Positions 26,722-30,723 of a stretch of 30,723 nt of DNA are shown here, piece by piece; position 1 is the stretch's first letter, and each line of letters starts with the position of its first letter. The translations under genes were made by a program, and so were the position numbers. This DNA is from a virus (taxonomy: Duplodnaviria; Caudoviricetes), in IMG/VR virus record IMGVR_UViG_3300006641_001656, positions 1 through 30,723 of that record. One strand, written 5' to 3'. The notes under the pieces are model-generated. The model did not search any database. It was given only the letters and a program-made list of their open reading frames with translations, and was not told the DNA's origin.

Positions 26722-27080
26722 TGGAAGATAATTTAGCAAGATTGTGGGCCGAATGCGATGCTAAGATTTCGGCACTTGGTGGAAACGCTCACGCACGTAA
26801 ATGCAGAAGTAAGTATATGGCATCAGATATTACCGATGAGCGGTATGAAAAAATCTATATGATTGTTGCCGCCGAAATACGTCAGGCATTAGAGGTTATC
26901 TTCGATAAGTGGGGAATCACCCCAGAGGAAAGAGAAGCGGCTTCTAGGGTCAAGAAGACTAGAACTCCACGAATGCCTAAAGCCAAGGATTGGGCTAAGG
27001 CTGCTGCCCCGAAATCTAAGCAAAAAGATAGCGGCTTAAATATTCGCGATGCTGAGATGCCAGAGGAATTTGACGAATAG
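26721..27080 (+). CDS. Hypothetical protein
   Basis: TAATG coupling with GAGG upstream. Confidence 0.6.
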   Translation: MEDNLARLWAECDAKISALGGNAHARKCRSKYMASDITDERYEKIYMIVAAEIRQALEVIFDKWGITPEEREAASRVKKTRTPRMPKAKDWAKAAAPKSKQKDSGLNIRDAEMPEEFDE

Positions 27081-27099
27081 TGACCGAAAGTGATATCAT
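27070..27099 (+). promoter_or_regulatory. Promoter for a probable leaderless terminase transcript
   Basis: TTGACG (27070-75)-N18-TATCAT (27094-99) with extended TGn. Predicted +1 falls on ATG 27106. No SD. Confidence 0.6.
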
Positions 27100-27105
27100 A
27101 TACTA

Positions 27106-27711
27106 ATGAGTCAGGAAGTTGCTAAAAGCGGTCTGGGCTTAGCTGAGGAACTGCAACTCGTAGAGGAGGCAGGAAGCCTCTCAATTAAGGGCTATAACTA
27201 CAGCAATATTGCTGAGCTCATGGAGATTAGTCCATATAAAGCTAAGCAGTACGTGCAAGAATATTTTCGGCTGATTAAAGAACAGTCAGAAAATGACCCT
27301 TATTTCTTAGAGCGAGTACAGCAGAATACCCTTAGGTTCTTAAATGAGCTGGACGAAATCTCCAAGGAAGCTTGGGAAACAGTTTCGGTAGCGACTGATA
27401 ATGGAATGGTCGGAGCGCGAACGCAGGCGCTCAAATTAGCTTTAGATGTAACAACCAAGAAAGCTCAGTTACATCAGTTAATGGGCGGCAACAAGCCAGA
27501 CTCAGAATATATTGCTAGAATGCAGAAAGCGGAATCTGTTAACCAGATTCTCTCAGAAGTATTACGAGATGTGATTTCCGATTGTGAAAGGTGTCGGGAC
27601 TTAGCTCGCGTGAAACTTGCTGAGGCATTTTCTTTAATGGACAATGCCGAAAGCGAAGAGTCTTCTGATGTCAGCGAAGCTGATTTAGAAGATGACGATT
27701 TTGACGTATGA
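27106..27711 (+). CDS. terS: Putative terminase small subunit
   Basis: N-terminal HTH (GYNYSNIAELMEIS), helical oligomerisation-like region, ATGA-coupled to the large terminase. Confidence 0.6.
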   Translation: MSQEVAKSGLGLAEELQLVEEAGSLSIKGYNYSNIAELMEISPYKAKQYVQEYFRLIKEQSENDPYFLERVQQNTLRFLNELDEISKEAWETVSVATDNGMVGARTQALKLALDVTTKKAQLHQLMGGNKPDSEYIARMQKAESVNQILSEVLRDVISDCERCRDLARVKLAEAFSLMDNAESEESSDVSEADLEDDDFDV

Positions 27712-29435
27712 CAGATTTTTGGGGATTAAACTTTAACTACGAGGACTTCGATAGATTGCTCCGTAAGGAGGAATTAGAAGAAGAGCCTGTGCCTCTTGAG
27801 GTATTCGTTCAGGATAGAAAGTATCTTGGGCTACCTCCACTTTCCCCGGTGCAGACGGAAATCGCAAAGCATATCACCCAAATTTATAAGCCCCATACCC
27901 TCGTTCAACTCTATGGAGAAGAAAAGGGTATGGAAATCTATACCAAGTATACTGTTAATGAAGTAATTGCTATGCTTGGTAAGGGGAGTGGGAAGGACCA
28001 CACCTCAAGAATTTCACTTGCTTATATTGCTTACTTACTTCATTGCCTACGGGACCCGCTGGACTACTACAACAAGGCTCACGGTGTTTATATTGACCTT
28101 CTGAATTTGGCTGTGAACGCTCAGCAGGCTCAGCGGGTATTCTTCGAACCTTTCAAAAATTTATTGCTGCGCTCGCCCTACTTTAATGATGTAGGGTTCG
28201 AGCCGCGAGTGGGTGAGGTTTTCTTCTTTAGCCGACCGATTAGATGTTTCTCTGGTCACTCCGAGTCAGAAGGCTGGGAGGGCTATGAGGTTATGACAGT
28301 AGTGCTGGATGAGATTGCTGCCTTCAAGACGGATGTAGAATTAAAGGGTGAATCTAGAGCCAAGGGTTCGGCTTCAGCTATTTATAAAATGAGTAAGGCC
28401 TCGATTATGTCTCGATTCCCTGATGTAGGGAAAGTAGTGCTGCTCTCATTCCCCCGGTTCAAGGGTGACTTCATTGAGGAAAGATACTATGGGGCTATTG
28501 CGAATAATGAACCCAAGACTTGGGGGATTAAGAAGGCAACGTGGGAAGTCAATCCGACTATTACTCGTGAAGATTTAGAATCAGAATATGTTAGAAATCC
28601 TCGTGAGGCTAGGGCTAGATTCGAATGCGAGCCTCCCGAGATGGAGGACGCATACTTCCGAGAGCCAGAGCGTGTTCGGGCAGCATTTATGTATGCCGAT
28701 ACGCCAGTTGCTGAGGATGGTAGCTGGAAGCCGTGGTTTAATGGGACCGATGGTTTTTCTAGATTTATTCACGTGGACTTAGGGCTTAAGCGAGATAAAG
28801 CTGCCTTATGTATGGTTCATATGTCGGGTATGAAGGAAGTAAATACCGGCTCTGGAATAGAAGTATTACCTATTGTTAATATTGATTACATCACAGCGTG
28901 GAAGGCTGAGGTTAACTCCGAGGTGCCCTTTTCGGCTGTTCGCTCTATGATTGTTGAGCTATGTCGTAAGTTTACGGTAGCTTCTGTGACTTTCGACTAT
29001 TGGCAAAGCGCTGATATGATTCAGTCATTGAGAAATATGGGTATTAATGCTGACGCATTTACCGTAAAGAAATCGGCTTACGATACTCTTTCAACTTCTA
29101 TTTACGATGGAAGACTAAGAGGATATTGGGACGAGCAGCTCGTAGAGGGCGAAATTCTTAAACTTAGACTCATTAATAATAATAAGGTAGACCACCCCTC
29201 CAAAGGTGAAAAAGATAAGGCCGACGCGCTCGCTGGTTCGGTGTATCGGTGTATTACTAATTTTGGTGCGACGCAAGATGTTGAGATTGAGATTTGGGGC
29301 GGGGATTCGATTGAGAATGAAATTTATGATGGCGAAGAAGCTATCGAGATTATCTCTAAGCCCTCCTCAGATCAGACCAAGCCAAGTAGGAACATACCTG
29401 AGGACCTAGAAAGCTGGCTAATCGAAATGATATAA
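27708..29435 (+). CDS. terL: Terminase large subunit
   Basis: LSPVQ adenine-binding motif, Walker A GKGSGKD, Walker B VVLDE, coupling motif LLSFP, nuclease HVDLG...D, TFD, KDKADA. Confidence 0.9.
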   Translation: MTDFWGLNFNYEDFDRLLRKEELEEEPVPLEVFVQDRKYLGLPPLSPVQTEIAKHITQIYKPHTLVQLYGEEKGMEIYTKYTVNEVIAMLGKGSGKDHTSRISLAYIAYLLHCLRDPLDYYNKAHGVYIDLLNLAVNAQQAQRVFFEPFKNLLLRSPYFNDVGFEPRVGEVFFFSRPIRCFSGHSESEGWEGYEVMTVVLDEIAAFKTDVELKGESRAKGSASAIYKMSKASIMSRFPDVGKVVLLSFPRFKGDFIEERYYGAIANNEPKTWGIKKATWEVNPTITREDLESEYVRNPREARARFECEPPEMEDAYFREPERVRAAFMYADTPVAEDGSWKPWFNGTDGFSRFIHVDLGLKRDKAALCMVHMSGMKEVNTGSGIEVLPIVNIDYITAWKAEVNSEVPFSAVRSMIVELCRKFTVASVTFDYWQSADMIQSLRNMGINADAFTVKKSAYDTLSTSIYDGRLRGYWDEQLVEGEILKLRLINNNKVDHPSKGEKDKADALAGSVYRCITNFGATQDVEIEIWGGDSIENEIYDGEEAIEIISKPSSDQTKPSRNIPEDLESWLIEMI

Positions 29436-29442
29436 AAACCCC

Positions 29443-29471
29443 TTGACGGGAGCGCGCTGGACCGATAGCGT
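29443..29471 (+). promoter_or_regulatory. Sigma70/HrdB-type promoter for whiB-2
   Basis: TTGACG (29443-48)-N17-TAGCGT (29466-71) with an upstream A-tract. Confidence 0.55.
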
Positions 29472-29489
29472 GCGTAGCACGCTATCGGT
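29461..29489. repeat. Perfect 13-bp inverted repeat with GTA spacer
   Basis: ACCGATAGCGTGC-GTA-GCACGCTATCGGT. Confidence 0.9.
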
Positions 29490-29544
29490 TAGGGGATGCC
29501 CCGGCGGGGGAGAGAGAGCCGTCAAATCAGCATAGGAGATTATT

Positions 29545-29865
29545 GTGAAGAATGATGCTAGGATGCAAGTCTTAACAGAGTTAAATACTGCTTGGATGTC
29601 AGAAGCTCGCTGTCGCCACGAAGCAAAAAATACTGCCGCTTTCTTTGAGGAATTTGAGCGCGGAACCGGGAACTTTAAGAATTCAATGGTTTATTTCTGC
29701 CGAAGCTGCCCGGTCCTTGAGGACTGCCATTCTTACGCAGTTTCCGCTGGGGAAACAGGGCTTTGGGGTGGCGCCTATTTCACGAACGGTCGCCCTAGAA
29801 ATCCTATGCGCGCCAGATATTTGGAAAATGACCGCGATGCCGCCGCATCAAAGAAGGTGTCTTAG
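29545..29865 (+). CDS. whiB: WhiB-family Fe-S transcription factor
   Basis: WMSEARC...FF...CRSCPVLEDC...GLWGG. SD AGGAG before the GTG start. Confidence 0.88.
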   Translation: MKNDARMQVLTELNTAWMSEARCRHEAKNTAAFFEEFERGTGNFKNSMVYFCRSCPVLEDCHSYAVSAGETGLWGGAYFTNGRPRNPMRARYLENDRDAAASKKVS

Positions 29866-29898
29866 ATGTGGCCCCTACACAAAAACAATGACTTCGAC

Positions 29899-29927
29899 TT
29901 GAAATCGTCTCAAGCGGGGTGTACGGT
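29899..29927 (+). promoter_or_regulatory. Sigma70/HrdB-type promoter
   Basis: TTGAAA (29899-904)-N17-TACGGT (29922-27) with an upstream A-tract, followed by a 5'-UTR hairpin at 29939-29961. Confidence 0.55.
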
Positions 29928-29981
29928 GTCTACCACTAGCCCGGAGCGCAGGGTTCCGGGCGAGGATGAATAGGAATAGAT

Positions 29982-30296
29982 ATGGAATTCAAGGATGTAA
30001 AGGAGCTGCCGCCGTTAGTTCGTGGCGGTGGTAAAAGAGCTTCTGAGGAAACTAAGCAGATTCAGGATCTGCTGAAGACCTGCAAGCCTAAGGCTATTGA
30101 GAATGTGACTGAGGGTAAGCACTACAACTCGCTCTCGCAGCGCATTCGCACTGCTGCTAGAACTATCGGCATGGCTGTGGAGATTCGCTACCGTAAGGAT
30201 GAGCAGACTCTCTACTTCCAAGGCAAGACTGCCGAGGACAAGGTGGATGAAATTATTGAGGCTGAGGCTAAGAAAGCTGCTCGCCGTAGCCGCTGA
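29982..30296 (+). CDS. Small basic hypothetical protein, likely highly expressed
   Basis: Has its own predicted promoter, SD AGGA and downstream stem-loop. Strong AAG/GAG/GCT codon bias like the SSB gene. Confidence 0.7.
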   Translation: MEFKDVKELPPLVRGGGKRASEETKQIQDLLKTCKPKAIENVTEGKHYNSLSQRIRTAARTIGMAVEIRYRKDEQTLYFQGKTAEDKVDEIIEAEAKKAARRSR

Positions 30297-30312
30297 GTAA
30301 TTTCATAACAAG

Positions 30313-30365
30313 TTTAACAGGGGCCAACCTTACTCCCAAATCCCCAAAGGTTGGCCCCTGTTAAA
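30313..30365 (+). terminator. 19-bp perfect stem-loop (terminator or structured RNA)
   Basis: TTTAACAGGGGCCAACCTT-N15-AAGGTTGGCCCCTGTTAAA, 16 nt after the stop codon. No strong U-tract. Confidence 0.55.
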
Positions 30366-30426
30366 TATATGTAGAGTCAAATTAGGCTCTATGGCAATAT
30401 AGCACATAAAGTGCGGAAAGGTAATT

Positions 30427-30723
30427 ATGAGAATACTATTATCGAGTTTAATCTTACTTATAACAGCATCTATCGGTGGTATCACCGATAAACATAGTAA
30501 TACGGATGCTTCACCGAAAGCATCCAGAGAAAGTATCGTGGTTGACGACACAAAGGTATTCAACCAAATTCGGGCAGAACAAAGAGTTAGATTCCAGGAG
30601 TATCAAGAGGCTGTGGTTCTCTGGAATACGCAAGTAGAGAAGAATAGAATTGCCGCACAGCAGGCCGAAGAACGCAGGCGGTCGGAAACGCTGGCAAGAC
30701 AAAGAGCAGCAACACCTACGACA
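30427..30723 (+). CDS. Secreted/membrane-anchored protein, 3'-truncated
   Basis: SD AAAGGT. MRILLSSLILLITASIGG is signal-peptide-like and is followed by an A/E/Q/R-rich helical linker. Frame is open to the window end. Confidence 0.65.
   Translation, partial: MRILLSSLILLITASIGGITDKHSNTDASPKASRESIVVDDTKVFNQIRAEQRVRFQEYQEAVVLWNTQVEKNRIAAQQAEERRRSETLARQRAATPTT

Noticed and set aside
29436-29544. tRNA or known riboswitch
   Set aside because: No cloverleaf, T-loop or recognisable aptamer consensus.
29866-29973. 35-aa ORF between whiB-2 and the 29982 gene
   Set aside because: It spans a predicted promoter and hairpin and has no protein-like features.
865-30702. Minus-strand and nested alternative-frame ORFs in the track (e.g. 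11176-11661, 18777-19265, 23395-23829)
   Set aside because: They are shadows of well-supported + strand genes and have no recognisable motifs.
1-30723. Stop-codon reassignment
   Set aside because: Code-11 ORFs tile the + strand densely, and TAA, TGA and TAG all end recognisable full-length genes.

Overview
The window is an internal fragment of a tailed dsDNA bacteriophage genome, and every credible gene is on the + strand. In order it holds: a 5'-truncated >2000-aa baseplate/tail protein with at least five LamG domains, three paralogous minor-tail-like genes, an HNH endonuclease, a metallophosphoesterase, a holin-like protein and small regulators, an orphan amino-methyltransferase, a replication/recombination block (DnaB, DnaG, gp32-like SSB, dCMP deaminase, DnaE, RecA, Cas4-like nuclease, RuvC), YkgJ-like and DUF932-like genes, small and large terminase, and a 3'-truncated secreted protein. 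Two WhiB-family genes and a probable leaderless promoter suggest an Actinomycetota host (inference). I saw no tRNA, CRISPR, integrase, reverse transcriptase, intein or stop-codon recoding. I cannot demonstrate a new biological system from sequence alone. The best leads are: (i) a sigma-54 RpoN-box-like domain fused to a metallophosphoesterase; (ii) a pseudo-HAD/Zn-ribbon/SLOG/deaminase nucleotide module behind a UUCG hairpin that may bridge a split ribosome-binding site; (iii) a perfect GTA-triloop palindrome over a promoter just after terL; (iv) a 19-bp perfect stem with an anti-SD-like loop; (v) nested LamG insertions and a triplicated tail-tip family. All family calls come from motif recognition by eye; no database search was run.
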